This document shows, piece after piece, positions 35,282 through 45,094 of a DNA stretch of 64,000 nucleotides (positions are counted from its first letter, which is position 1; every line of letters starts with the position of its first letter). The notes beneath the pieces are model-generated. The model was given only the letters and a program-made list of their open reading frames with translations. It did not search any database and was not told the origin of the DNA. A program made the translations under genes and the position numbers. Source of the DNA: Candidatus Eiseniibacteriota bacterium (GTDB lineage Bacteria; Eisenbacteria; RBG-16-71-46; DASYSL01); the NCBI GenBank assembly GCA_031431875.1, contig JANPEF010000008.1, positions 2,284-66,283 of the forward strand. Direction: 5' to 3'.

Positions 35282-37494
35282 AGCAGATCCTGCAGAACTA
35301 CAAGACCGGCGAGCTGCGCCTCGCCGACGTGCCGCCTCCCGCGCTGCGCGCCGGCGGCGTGCTGGTGGCCACGCGCGCGTCGCTGATCTCGGCCGGCACC
35401 GAGAAGATGAAGGTCGACGTGGCGAAGAAGAGCCTGCTGGGGAAGGCCATGGAGCGTCCCGACCAGGTGAAGAAGGTGATCGAGACCGTGCGCCAGCAGG
35501 GGCTGCTGCAGACCTACGAGAAGGTGATGAACAAGCTCGACACGCCGACGCCGCTCGGTTACTCGAGTGCGGGCGTCGTGCTCGCGGTGGGGCGCGAGGC
35601 GTCGGAGTTCAAGGTTGGTGATCCCGTGGCCTGCGCCGGGGCCGGCTACGCCGTGCATGCCGACGTCGCCTACGTGCCGCGCAACCTGGTCGTGGCCATG
35701 GCCGCCGACACGCCATTCGAGCGTGCCGCGTTCACCACGCTGGGCGCGATCGCGCTGCAGGGCGTGCGCCAGGGCGAGATTCGCCTCGGTGAGGACGTCG
35801 TCGTCATCGGCCTGGGCCTGGTCGGCCTGCTCACGGTGCAGTTGCTGCGCGCCAGCGGTGCGCGCGTGATCGGCGTCGAGATCGATCCGTCCAAGGCCGA
35901 GCTGGCGTTGCGCCTGGGTTGCGAGCGCGTGATCGTCGGGCCCGACGTCGAAGTGCGCGACGCCGTGCGCCAGGCCACCGGCGGGCGCGGCGCCGATTGT
36001 GTGCTGGTCACCGCGGCATCGAGCTCGAGCGGCCCCGTGATCCTGGCCGGCGAGCTGTGCCGCGATCGCGGTCGCGTCGTCGTCGTGGGGATCACGCGCA
36101 TGGACCTGCCGCACCGCACGTACTACGACAAGGAGCTGTCGCTCGTGCTGTCGCGCTCGTACGGGCCCGGGCGCTACGATCCGTCGTACGAGGAGAAGGG
36201 CGTCGACTATCCGCTGGGCTACGTGCGCTGGACCGAGCGGCGCAACATGCACGAGTTTCTGCGGCTGGTCGAGGGCGGGCAGGTCGAGGTCGACCCGCTG
36301 ATCTCGCACCGCATTCCGTTCGCCGACGCCGAGCGCGCCTACGGGCTGATCACCGGCAAGGCGACCGAGCGCTACCTGGGGATCGTGCTCACCTATCCCG
36401 ACACGCCGCCGGCGGGGGGCCGCATCGAACTCGGTGCCGGTGCCGCAGTCGGTGCGGTCGCGGCCCGGCGTCCGCGCGTGGCCGGCGATCCGGTGGGCGT
36501 GGGCTTCCTGGGTGCGGGCAACTTCGCCACGTCGATGCTGCTGCCGCATCTCAAGGCGCGCAAGGACGTGAAGCTCACCGGCGTCGTCACCGCGAGCGGG
36601 CTGACCGCGCGGGGCGCGGCCGAGAAGTTCGGCTTCGGCTTCTGCGCCTCGAGCGCCGACGAGCTGTTCGCCGATTCCGCTACCGACGCGGTGTTCGTGG
36701 TCACGCGGCATCACCTCCACGCCGGCTACGCCGAGCGCGCACTGCGCGCGGGCAAGGCGGTGTTCGTCGAGAAGCCGCTGGCCTGCACCGCGGAAGAGCT
36801 GGCGTCCGTCGCCGCCGCGGCGCGCGACGTTGCGGCGCAGACGGGACGGCCCGCGCCGCTGCTGGTCGGCTTCAACCGTCGTTTTGCCGCGCTGTCGACC
36901 GCGCTCGCCGCGCACTTCCCGCCCGGCGAGGGGCCGCTCATGATCCACTACCGCGTCAACGCCGGTTACCTGGGCAAGGAGTCGTGGTACCAGGACCCGG
37001 CCGAGGGCGGGGGTCGCATCCTGGGCGAGGTCTGCCACTTCCTCGACTACGTCGCGTTCATCGCCGGATCTCCGATCACGCGCGTCCACGCGACCGGGAT
37101 GCGCGACGCGCGCGGACACTTCCGCGCCGACGACAACCTGGCCGTCACGCTCGAGTGCGCCGACGGCTCGGTCGGCATGGTGCTGTACGCCGCGTCGGGC
37201 GATGCGGCGATGCCCAAGGAGCGGGTCGAGGTGCTCGGCCGCGGGCGCAGTGCGATCCTCGACAACTACCAGTCGCTCACCACGTGGGCCGGGAACCGGA
37301 AGAAGCAGGTCAAGGCGATGTCGGTGGACAAGGGGCACGCGGCCGAGATCGCGCGCTGGATCGCGACCCTGGTCGCCGGGCAGGCGCCGCCCATTGCGTG
37401 GTCCGCGCTCCACAACGCCTCGGCGGCGACGCTGGCCGTGATCGCGTCGCTGACGACCGGGCTGCCGGTCGACGTCGCCGGGCCCGGGGAGTAG
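35278..37494 (+). CDS. bi-domain oxidoreductase (N-terminal MDR/alcohol-dehydrogenase-like + C-terminal Gfo/Idh/MocA)
   Basis: 738 aa from ATG 35278 (ATGA overlap). N-terminal region …VVIGLGLVGLLTVQLLRASGARVIGVE… (MDR Rossmann). C-terminal region …VGVGFLGAGNFATSMLLPHL…FVEKPLA… (Gfo/Idh/MocA). Confidence 0.75.
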   Translation: MKQILQNYKTGELRLADVPPPALRAGGVLVATRASLISAGTEKMKVDVAKKSLLGKAMERPDQVKKVIETVRQQGLLQTYEKVMNKLDTPTPLGYSSAGVVLAVGREASEFKVGDPVACAGAGYAVHADVAYVPRNLVVAMAADTPFERAAFTTLGAIALQGVRQGEIRLGEDVVVIGLGLVGLLTVQLLRASGARVIGVEIDPSKAELALRLGCERVIVGPDVEVRDAVRQATGGRGADCVLVTAASSSSGPVILAGELCRDRGRVVVVGITRMDLPHRTYYDKELSLVLSRSYGPGRYDPSYEEKGVDYPLGYVRWTERRNMHEFLRLVEGGQVEVDPLISHRIPFADAERAYGLITGKATERYLGIVLTYPDTPPAGGRIELGAGAAVGAVAARRPRVAGDPVGVGFLGAGNFATSMLLPHLKARKDVKLTGVVTASGLTARGAAEKFGFGFCASSADELFADSATDAVFVVTRHHLHAGYAERALRAGKAVFVEKPLACTAEELASVAAAARDVAAQTGRPAPLLVGFNRRFAALSTALAAHFPPGEGPLMIHYRVNAGYLGKESWYQDPAEGGGRILGEVCHFLDYVAFIAGSPITRVHATGMRDARGHFRADDNLAVTLECADGSVGMVLYAASGDAAMPKERVEVLGRGRSAILDNYQSLTTWAGNRKKQVKAMSVDKGHAAEIARWIATLVAGQAPPIAWSALHNASAATLAVIASLTTGLPVDVAGPGE

Positions 37495-37503
37495 TCCGCC
37501 GAC

Positions 37504-39423
37504 ATGTGCGGAATCTGCGGTGGGCGCTTCGCCCTGCGAACCGGCAACGACTTCGACGCCGGCGGATTGGTGCGCCGCATGGCCGACGCGCAGCGTCACC
37601 GTGGGCCGGATGACGACGGGTTCTTCCGCGACGGTCCGCTGCACCTGGGCTTCCGCCGGCTGTCGATCATCGACGTCGACGGCGGTCACCAGCCGATCGG
37701 CAACGAGGACGACTCGATCCAGGTCATCTTGAACGGCGAGATCTACAACTTCCGCGAGCTGCGCGACCGCCTCGCCGCTCGGCACACCTTCCGCACGCGC
37801 AGCGACACGGAGGTGATCGCCCACCTCTACGAGGAGAAGGGCGACGACTGCTTCGCCGAGCTCAACGGCATGTTCGGGATCGCGATCATCGACCGTCCGC
37901 GGCGACGCCTGGTGCTGGCCCGCGATCGCGCCGGCGTGAAGCCCGTGTACTGGGCGAATTGCGGCCCCGACTTCGTCTTCGCCTCGGAGATCCGGCCGAT
38001 CCTCGAGCACCCGGATTGCCCGCGCGAGATGGACGGCGGCGCGTTCGCGCGCTACCTCGGCATCCAGTACGTGCCCGGCCCGCGCACCGCGTTTCGTGGC
38101 ATCCAGGTGCTCGAGCCCGGCCACCGCCTGATTCTCGAGGGCGACCTGCCGCCGCGCATCGAGCCGTTCTGGACGTTCCCCGCGCTCGACCCGGAGCGGA
38201 TGTTCCGCGATCGGGCCGCCTGTGCCCGCGAACTCGCGGCGCTCCTCGAGGAGTCGGTGCAGATGCGCCTGGTGTCCGACGTTCCGCTCGGGGCGCTGCT
38301 GTCGGGCGGACTCGACTCGAACATCGTCGTCGCGCTGATGGCGCGCATGTCGAACGCGCCGATCGTCACCGTGTCGGTGGGCTTCAACGACTCGACGCAG
38401 CTCGATGAGACCGCGCTGGCGGGGGAGACCGCCCGTCACCTCGGCACGCAGCATCACGAGATTCGCTACGGCCGCGACGAGGCGCTGGCGATGCTGCCGC
38501 AGCTCATCGTGCAGAACGAGCTCCCGATCGCCGAACCTCTGCTGGTCCCGTCGTACTTCCTGTTCCGCGAAGCGCGGCGACACGTCACCGTCGTGCTGTC
38601 GGGCGAGGGCGCCGACGAGCTGTTCGGTGGCTATATGCGCTACCGTGTGCTCTCCGAGTTGCGGCGCTTCCGGCCCTTCCTGCCCGCGCCGTCATGGAGC
38701 GGCTGGGATGCGCTGCGCGGCGGCCCCGGCCTCGTGCACACGCTGGGCAAGGTCGGGCATGCCGTCGCCGAACCCATCGCGGCGCAATCCCTCTGGGAGT
38801 GGAACAGCGTCTGGTCCGAGGAGGACGTGCGCGCGGCCATGGTCGACCCGGCGTACGCCACGCAGTGTTCCGCGCATGCGTATCGCACCCGCGACGGCTT
38901 CCGGGAAGACCTGCCGCTGGCCGAGCGCGGCAACCAGCTCATGGGCATCGAGGCCGAGAACCGGCTGGTCGACTTCGCCCTGAACCGCGCCGACAAGATG
39001 TCGATGGCGAACTCGCTCGAGTTGCGGACCCCGTTCCTCGACTACCGGCTGATCGAGTTCGCGAGTCGGATCCCGACCCGCTGGAAGGTCAATCACTCGG
39101 GGGAGAAGCAGATCCTGCGCGAGGCGTTCAAGGGACTGCTGCCCGAGTCCGTGCGCCAACGCCCGAAGCGGGCGTTCCAGGCGCCCTACCAGTCGTGGCT
39201 CCCCGTGATGTCCAGGCGCCTCCTGCCGGACAGTCGACTGGTCCGCGACGGCTGGCTCAAGCGGGCTCCGGTCGACGCGCTGTCGGGCCGGGCGGGCGCG
39301 AGCGAGCGCGCCATGAAGCAGCTGTGGACCATTCTCGTCGCCGAGATGTGGTACCGCGCATACATCGCGCGCGAGGAGATCCCAGCCTTCGTGTCCACGA
39401 TCACCCTCCCCACGGGCGCGTGA
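37504..39423 (+). CDS. second asparagine-synthetase-family amidotransferase
   Basis: 639 aa; MCGICGG N-terminus, …SGGLDSN… PP-loop. Paralog of the gene at 29450. Confidence 0.9.
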   Translation: MCGICGGRFALRTGNDFDAGGLVRRMADAQRHRGPDDDGFFRDGPLHLGFRRLSIIDVDGGHQPIGNEDDSIQVILNGEIYNFRELRDRLAARHTFRTRSDTEVIAHLYEEKGDDCFAELNGMFGIAIIDRPRRRLVLARDRAGVKPVYWANCGPDFVFASEIRPILEHPDCPREMDGGAFARYLGIQYVPGPRTAFRGIQVLEPGHRLILEGDLPPRIEPFWTFPALDPERMFRDRAACARELAALLEESVQMRLVSDVPLGALLSGGLDSNIVVALMARMSNAPIVTVSVGFNDSTQLDETALAGETARHLGTQHHEIRYGRDEALAMLPQLIVQNELPIAEPLLVPSYFLFREARRHVTVVLSGEGADELFGGYMRYRVLSELRRFRPFLPAPSWSGWDALRGGPGLVHTLGKVGHAVAEPIAAQSLWEWNSVWSEEDVRAAMVDPAYATQCSAHAYRTRDGFREDLPLAERGNQLMGIEAENRLVDFALNRADKMSMANSLELRTPFLDYRLIEFASRIPTRWKVNHSGEKQILREAFKGLLPESVRQRPKRAFQAPYQSWLPVMSRRLLPDSRLVRDGWLKRAPVDALSGRAGASERAMKQLWTILVAEMWYRAYIAREEIPAFVSTITLPTGA

Positions 39424-40535
39424 ATCCGCGTGCGCTGATCGTCGGGCCGCTGCCGCCCCCTCCGGGCGGAGTCGGGCGGCTGGTCGAGGCCATCGTGGCG
39501 TCGCCGTTGGCCGAGCGCTGGCAGCTCGACGTCTTCAACCTGTCCAAGCCGCAGCAGGAGGGGAAGCCCTCGACGGTCACGGCGTGGGACGTGGCGTGGA
39601 CGCTGGTCCACCTCGTCACGCTGCCCCTGCGCTTGCTCCGTGCGCGCCCGCAGGTCGCGCTCGTCCAGTCGACGGCGGACAGCGGTTTCGTGCGCGACCT
39701 CGCGTTGATTCTCATCCTGCGCGTCTTCCGCGTGCCGGTCGTGATCCACTGGCACGGGGCGCCGGAGTCGTTGCAGTTCCCCGGCCCGAACCGCGCCTCG
39801 TGGCGGAGCGCGTTGTTCCGCTTCGCGGTGCGGCGGGCGCGGGCACTCCTGCTGCTCGCCGAGCCGTATCGTCGGTTCTTCGCGCAGCACGTCGGCGATG
39901 AGCCCCTGGTGGTCGTTCCGAACTTCGTTGACGGGGGAGCCATCGCGGCCGCGGCACCGGTGACCGCGGTGGGAATGAGCTCGGCGCTACGCCTGGTATT
40001 TCTCGGGCGCATCGGCCCGCAAAAGGGCGTCGACGTCCTGCTCGATGCATTCACGCGCGCCCGCGAGACCGTGCCGTGGATGGCGCTCGAGTTGATCGGC
40101 GAGGGCGAGTCGCCAGCGGCACTCGAAGCCGTGCGCGCCCATCCCGCGGTGCTCGCGGGCCACGCGGTGCTGGCGGGCGCCATGGGCGAGGAACGCTTCG
40201 CACGGCTCCGTGGTGCCGACGTCTTCGTGCTGCCGACGCGCGCCGATTCGTTTCCGCTGTCGATCCTCGAGGCGATGGCCGCCGGGCTGCCCGTCGTCGC
40301 GTCCGCCGTCGGCGCCATCCCGTGGCTGCTCGACGATGGCGCGTGCGGAGTTCTCGTTCCCGTCGGCGACCCGGCGGCGCTCGCCGCCGCACTGGTGAAG
40401 CTCGCGCAGGACGAGAAGCAGCGCGCGGCGCTGAGTCTCGCGGCGCGCGCCCGACAGCAGACGATGTTCGACTCGACGCAGGCAGCGGTGCAGCTCGATG
40501 CCGTGCTGCGCGCGGCGGCAGGACTGCCTGCGTGA
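39420..40535 (+). CDS. GT4 glycosyltransferase
   Basis: 371 aa from GTG 39420 (GTGA overlap); VNPRALIVGPLPPPPGGVGR…. …DSFPLSILEAMAAGLPVVASAVGAIP…. Confidence 0.85.
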   Translation: MNPRALIVGPLPPPPGGVGRLVEAIVASPLAERWQLDVFNLSKPQQEGKPSTVTAWDVAWTLVHLVTLPLRLLRARPQVALVQSTADSGFVRDLALILILRVFRVPVVIHWHGAPESLQFPGPNRASWRSALFRFAVRRARALLLLAEPYRRFFAQHVGDEPLVVVPNFVDGGAIAAAAPVTAVGMSSALRLVFLGRIGPQKGVDVLLDAFTRARETVPWMALELIGEGESPAALEAVRAHPAVLAGHAVLAGAMGEERFARLRGADVFVLPTRADSFPLSILEAMAAGLPVVASAVGAIPWLLDDGACGVLVPVGDPAALAAALVKLAQDEKQRAALSLAARARQQTMFDSTQAAVQLDAVLRAAAGLPA

Positions 40536-41992
40536 CACCGCGCCAGGAGACCCCGGCTGCCCCACTGGATGGCGCCTTCCTCGCGCTGCTCGCGCTCGTG
40601 GCTGTGGCGGTGCTGGCGCCGCGTGTGGCCGGCTTCACCACCGATTCCGACGCCTACCTCGACGTGGCGATGAACCTGCGCGACGGCCACGGGCTCGTGC
40701 AGTCGGTCGTCGACTTCTGGCGACCGGCGGTGCCCGATCCGCTCGGGCTCTGGCCGCCGCTCTATCCCGCACTGGTCGCCGCCGTCGGGGCGTTCGGCGT
40801 GCCGCTCGAGCTGGCCGCACGCTTCGTCTCTGCCGGCTCGTTCGCCGTGTTCGCGTTCGCGTTTCATGCGCTGGCTGTTTCGGCGCTCGGCCGGGGCGCC
40901 GGGGCGCTCGCGACCGTCGCCGCGCTGGCCACCCCGGCGGTCACGCAGCTCGGCGCGTTCGCGTGGAGCGAGGCGACGTACCTGGCGTTGATCACGGGCG
41001 GGCTCGTGCTGCTGGCGCGAGCGGAGGCGCGCGGCGAGTGGAGTCGGGGCGCTGCCTTCGCCGCCGGCGCACTGCTTGGCGCGGCGGCGCTGACGCGCTA
41101 CGCCGGCGTGCCGATCGCCGTGCTCGCGGTCGCCTACGCTGCGCTGCGCGGATCCCTGCGCGCGCGCGGGCTCGCCGCCTTCGCGTTGCCGGCGCTCGTG
41201 CTGCCGGCCGTGTGGCTGGGCCACAACCTGGCGGAGTTCGGGCGGCCGTTCGGCCCCGCGCTCGCGCCCGCGACGCACGGGCTGGGCACGCAGGCATTCG
41301 AGTTCCTGCGCGCGCTGCGCTGGGAGCTGTTGCCCGCCCCGTTCGATCGAAGGGCGGCGATGGCGTACGGCCTCGCGTTGGTCACTGCGGCAGGAGTGTT
41401 GCTGGCGCTGCGCCACCGCGGCGCCGGCCGGCTGGCCGCCGCGTTCGCCCTGCTCTACGCGGGGCTCGTCGTCGTGGCCACCGGGACGAGCGGGATCAAT
41501 GCGCCGACCGGGCGCTACCTCGCACCGGTGCTGCCGTTCCTGGTGCTCGCGGCATTCGCGGGGTGGCGGGGCAGGAGCGTGACGGTGGATCCTGCCGCGG
41601 GCGGGCGTCGCGCCCTGTCGACGGGCCTTTCGGCCGTGTGGACGATCGCCGTGCTGGTCGAGCTACTGGGCCTGGTGCGGGTGTTGCCCGCGACGGCGCC
41701 CGCAGCCCTCGCGCGTCGCGAGGATCGGCGTGCACTCGCGCGCCTCGTGCCGGAGGGGAGCGCGCCCGTGCTGTCCGATTGCGGGCACCTGCTTCGCAGC
41801 GCGACCGGGCGGACTGCCGTGCAGGTTCCTGCGGCGGGTTACCGGCCGCGAGCCTACGCGGCCGCGGACGACGCGCGCTGGGCGGGCGCGGGCGTGAGCG
41901 AGGCGATCCTCGCCGGCGAAACGCCGCCGGCCGGAGCATGGCGATCCGTCGCGGTCGAGGGACGGTTCACACGGTGGGTGCGGTCCGACTAG
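40532..41992 (+). CDS. GT39/GT83 (ArnT/PMT_2)-like polytopic membrane glycosyltransferase
   Basis: 486 aa from GTG 40532 (GTGA overlap). Loop motif …GFTTDSDAYLDVAMNLRDGHGL… after the first TM helix. ~11 TM helices. Confidence 0.65.
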   Translation: MTPRQETPAAPLDGAFLALLALVAVAVLAPRVAGFTTDSDAYLDVAMNLRDGHGLVQSVVDFWRPAVPDPLGLWPPLYPALVAAVGAFGVPLELAARFVSAGSFAVFAFAFHALAVSALGRGAGALATVAALATPAVTQLGAFAWSEATYLALITGGLVLLARAEARGEWSRGAAFAAGALLGAAALTRYAGVPIAVLAVAYAALRGSLRARGLAAFALPALVLPAVWLGHNLAEFGRPFGPALAPATHGLGTQAFEFLRALRWELLPAPFDRRAAMAYGLALVTAAGVLLALRHRGAGRLAAAFALLYAGLVVVATGTSGINAPTGRYLAPVLPFLVLAAFAGWRGRSVTVDPAAGGRRALSTGLSAVWTIAVLVELLGLVRVLPATAPAALARREDRRALARLVPEGSAPVLSDCGHLLRSATGRTAVQVPAAGYRPRAYAAADDARWAGAGVSEAILAGETPPAGAWRSVAVEGRFTRWVRSD

Positions 41993-42675
41993 GCTCCGGG
42001 CCGGGTTCCGCGCACTCCCCAGTTGATCATGAGCGGATACAGCGTCCCCCCGAATCGATCGAAGAACGGAAGCACCGCGCGCGCGAACGGAAGTTGCCAG
42101 GGAAACAGATGGCAACCGGTGACGGTCACGTCGCGCAGGCCGCACTCCTCGAGCGTCCGGGCGGCTTCCCGCGGGGACAGCCACAGCTCGTTGCCTGCGA
42201 ACTTCCGGATCTTGAGCGCCATCGACAGCAGCAGCACCGGGTACCAGAGCTTGTTCGGCGAGGTCACGATGAGCGTGCCGCCCGGCCGGACAACGCGTGC
42301 CAGCTCGCGCAGGGCGCGCCGTGGATCGGGGGTATGCTCGATGCACTCCGAGGAGAACACGAGGTCGAAGGACCGGTCCGGATAGTCGATGGCGCAGGCA
42401 TCCTGCCGGCTCCAATCCGTCCCCAGGCGCTCACCCGTCTCGCGCGAGAGCTTTTCGGAGTAGTCGCTCACGGTCAGGCGACCGACGTGCGGTACGATCG
42501 CCTCGCTGACGGCGCCCGTGCCGCAGCCGATCTCGAGCGCCGTGCCCTCTTTCGCGTTCGCGGGCAGCAGGCCGCGGATCACCTCGACGCGACGGCCGAC
42601 GTCGTACGCGGACATCCAGCCGTTGAAGTTGTCCCCGATCTCCTCGAAGTACAACTCGCTCTTCGTTCGGGCCAT
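41989..42675 (-). CDS. class I SAM-dependent methyltransferase
   Basis: 228 aa. Motif I …ALEIGCGTGAVS… and post-I/II motifs. Its stop shares a CTAG with the stop of the convergent gene at 40532. Confidence 0.8.
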   Translation of the reverse strand: MARTKSELYFEEIGDNFNGWMSAYDVGRRVEVIRGLLPANAKEGTALEIGCGTGAVSEAIVPHVGRLTVSDYSEKLSRETGERLGTDWSRQDACAIDYPDRSFDLVFSSECIEHTPDPRRALRELARVVRPGGTLIVTSPNKLWYPVLLLSMALKIRKFAGNELWLSPREAARTLEECGLRDVTVTGCHLFPWQLPFARAVLPFFDRFGGTLYPLMINWGVRGTRPGA

Positions 42676-42694
42676 GCCTGTCTCCTCCTGCCCG

Positions 42695-43660
42695 TCAGCC
42701 GAGCGGTGAGCGCTCCGCCGGCGGAGCGATGCCGGTGAGCTGGCCGACCACGTAGCGCGGACGGCGCTTCACTTCCCGGAGAACGGCGCCGACGTATCCG
42801 CCGAGTATGCCGATGAGAATGAACTGGACGCCGCTGGCCACCAGGATGACGAGGATCTGCGACGACCAGCCGGCGATTCCCTGGTGGAGAACGAGCCGGA
42901 CGTAGAGCACGTAGCACGCGTACGCCGCGAACAGCGCGAGGAAGGCGAGCCCGAGGACGTAGCCTGCATAGAGCGGGGCCAGCGAGAAACTGAACAGCGA
43001 CTCGGTCGCGAAGCGCAGCATCTTGGAATACGAGTACTTCGTCGTGCCGGCGAATCGCGGCGCCGGAATGTACGGAATCTCCTCGGCCCGGAACGGCAGT
43101 TTCGCAAGCAGGAAGCGCACCGGCAGCGTCTCCTCGCGGTGCTCCCGGACGACGAGGACGACCCGGCGATCGATGCCGCGGAAGTCGGCCATGCCCGGCT
43201 TGATCGGGATTCCCGTGACGGCGCTGAAGAGGCGATAGTAGAGGCGCGACGAGATGCGCTTGACGGGGCTCTCGCTCGCGGTCTCCTGGCGGATCGTGTG
43301 GACGACGAGCGCGCCGCCCTTCCAGCGCCGGATGATTTCGGGAATGACCTCCGGGGGATGCTGCAGGTCGGCGTCCATGGTGATGACGAGATCGCCCTCG
43401 GCATGGTCGAGCCCGGCCACGAGCGCCTTCATGTGGCCGCCGTTGAGAAGCAGGTGGATGCCGCGCACGCGCGGATCCTCGGCATGCAGCCGCTGCACCA
43501 CCTCGATGGTCCCGTCGGTGCTGCCGTCATCGCAGACCAGGACCTCCCAGTCGAGTTCCGTCCGGAGCACCTCGCGCAGCCGCGCGACGAGGGCCGGGAG
43601 CGACTCGGCCTCATTGTACGCGGGAACGACGATGCTCAGGGCGGGGCGGTGGGCGCTCAT
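42695..43660 (-). CDS. GT2 polyprenyl-phosphate glycosyltransferase (ArnC/DPM1-like) with C-terminal TM helices
   Basis: 321 aa; MSAHRPALSIVVPAYNEAESLPAL…CDDGSTDGT…MDADLQHPP…. Two C-terminal TM helices, as in ArnC/GtrB. Start/stop overlap with the upstream GT-C gene. Confidence 0.85.
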   Translation of the reverse strand: MSAHRPALSIVVPAYNEAESLPALVARLREVLRTELDWEVLVCDDGSTDGTIEVVQRLHAEDPRVRGIHLLLNGGHMKALVAGLDHAEGDLVITMDADLQHPPEVIPEIIRRWKGGALVVHTIRQETASESPVKRISSRLYYRLFSAVTGIPIKPGMADFRGIDRRVVLVVREHREETLPVRFLLAKLPFRAEEIPYIPAPRFAGTTKYSYSKMLRFATESLFSFSLAPLYAGYVLGLAFLALFAAYACYVLYVRLVLHQGIAGWSSQILVILVASGVQFILIGILGGYVGAVLREVKRRPRYVVGQLTGIAPPAERSPLG

Positions 43661-45090
43661 CGAAAAGCGATCTCCCTGGAGGTGTCCGGGCGCCGCGACG
43701 AGACGAAGATCGCCACGGCAAGCAGCTGGCCGAAGACGGCGGGCAGCAGGAGCCGTGCTCCGAGCGCGATCGGCAAGTGCGAAAGGTACAGGTACAGGTA
43801 GGGCAGGAACAGCAGGATTCCCACACGGCGGGTCCGGCGATCGAGGATGACCGCGACATTCACCGCGAACAACGCGATGCCGATCAGCCCGAAGATCAGG
43901 CGATCCCAGTAGGCGCGCAGTACATCGGCAGGGTGCGCCAGGATCGCCTGGATCGGCGTGAGTCCCTGGCGCGCGTAGTCGTAGAAGCCATGGCCTTCGT
44001 AATACGGATTGTCGTAGCCCCAGCGGTACAGCGGGACGATGCCGAGCGGGATGCGTCGCACCATCTGGCTCGGGACGAGCAGGGGATCCTCGCGCACGAT
44101 GGCGAGGAAGCGCTGCTTGAACCACTGGTCCGTCCTCGCATCGTCGATGCCCTCGAAGCCCTGCTCCACCGCGAGCTTCGCCATGAGGTCGTCGTCGAAA
44201 ACGATCCCGTACTTGTTCGGAAACTGGCCGATGCTCTGCAGGATCGACATGCCACCGGCGTGCGTCGTGACGTTGAAGCGCCCGTTCTCGCGCAGGTTGC
44301 GCATACCCCACGGCACGACCGCGAGCGCGGTCATCAGCGTCAGCACTGCACTGCCGGCCAGGGCACGCCGCCACGGCAGGGTCACCAGGGCGCCGACGAG
44401 CAGGAACGACGGATACAGCAGGTAGTCCGGCCTGAACATGCATGCCAGGCCCAGCAAGAGGCCGGTCGCGGCGAACCATCGTATCCGGCCGCTCTGCAGT
44501 GCGCGCACGTACAGGTAGAAGATGCCGATCATGGCGGCGGGCATCAGCGTGTCGGCGACATGCGAGGTCACGAGGTACGCCGTCGGCAGGAACACCGCCG
44601 CCAGCGCCGCGCCGATGAGCCCGACGCGCGAACCGGCCAGGCGCGCGCCGATCGAGAAGACGACGAGGCACGCGCACGCATCGACCAGCGCCTGCAGCGC
44701 CTTGGCCCATGGAATGAGCGGGTTCCCCAGGGTGCGATAGACGAGCGCCAGGAACGTGGAGTAGCCCGGCGGATGCAGCGTCGACGGCCGCCAGCGCGCG
44801 GGATCCTTGGCCGGCACGTCGGCGGGATCGAGGCGCTCGCCGCGCGCCTCGAGGCTGTCCTCGAACACGAAGAAGTCGACCTGCGGCGGCTGGTGCTCGA
44901 CCGGGCGGACGAAGCCGTAGCCCGCGACCATCGCGTAGGCGTCCTGCTCGTAGCGGTGGGCGAGGCCCTCCATCTCGCCACGACCATTCGCCCACACGCC
45001 GATGACCGCGCGGATCGCCAGGGCGACGACGAAGATCGCCGCGAGGGCGAGCCGGTGGCGACGGCGTTCGGTGGGGGAACGGTCCTGCAT
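43657..45090 (-). CDS. GT39/GT83 (ArnT/PMT_2)-like polytopic membrane glycosyltransferase
   Basis: 477 aa from ATG 45090 (MQDRSPTERRRHRLALAAIFVVALAIRAVIGVW…). Acidic loop …AHRYEQDAYAMVAGYGF…. The upstream part of the 524-aa track ORF was rejected. Confidence 0.7.
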   Translation of the reverse strand: MQDRSPTERRRHRLALAAIFVVALAIRAVIGVWANGRGEMEGLAHRYEQDAYAMVAGYGFVRPVEHQPPQVDFFVFEDSLEARGERLDPADVPAKDPARWRPSTLHPPGYSTFLALVYRTLGNPLIPWAKALQALVDACACLVVFSIGARLAGSRVGLIGAALAAVFLPTAYLVTSHVADTLMPAAMIGIFYLYVRALQSGRIRWFAATGLLLGLACMFRPDYLLYPSFLLVGALVTLPWRRALAGSAVLTLMTALAVVPWGMRNLRENGRFNVTTHAGGMSILQSIGQFPNKYGIVFDDDLMAKLAVEQGFEGIDDARTDQWFKQRFLAIVREDPLLVPSQMVRRIPLGIVPLYRWGYDNPYYEGHGFYDYARQGLTPIQAILAHPADVLRAYWDRLIFGLIGIALFAVNVAVILDRRTRRVGILLFLPYLYLYLSHLPIALGARLLLPAVFGQLLAVAIFVSSRRPDTSREIAFR

Positions 45091-45094
45091 GCGA

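Noticed and set aside
43661-44995. N-terminal 445 aa of the 766-aa ORF upstream of the ArnC-like GT2.
   Set aside because: It is Arg/Pro/Gly-rich junk. It lies in a different frame from the genuine ArnT-like membrane protein 43657..45090, which has a hydrophobic, motif-bearing sequence.
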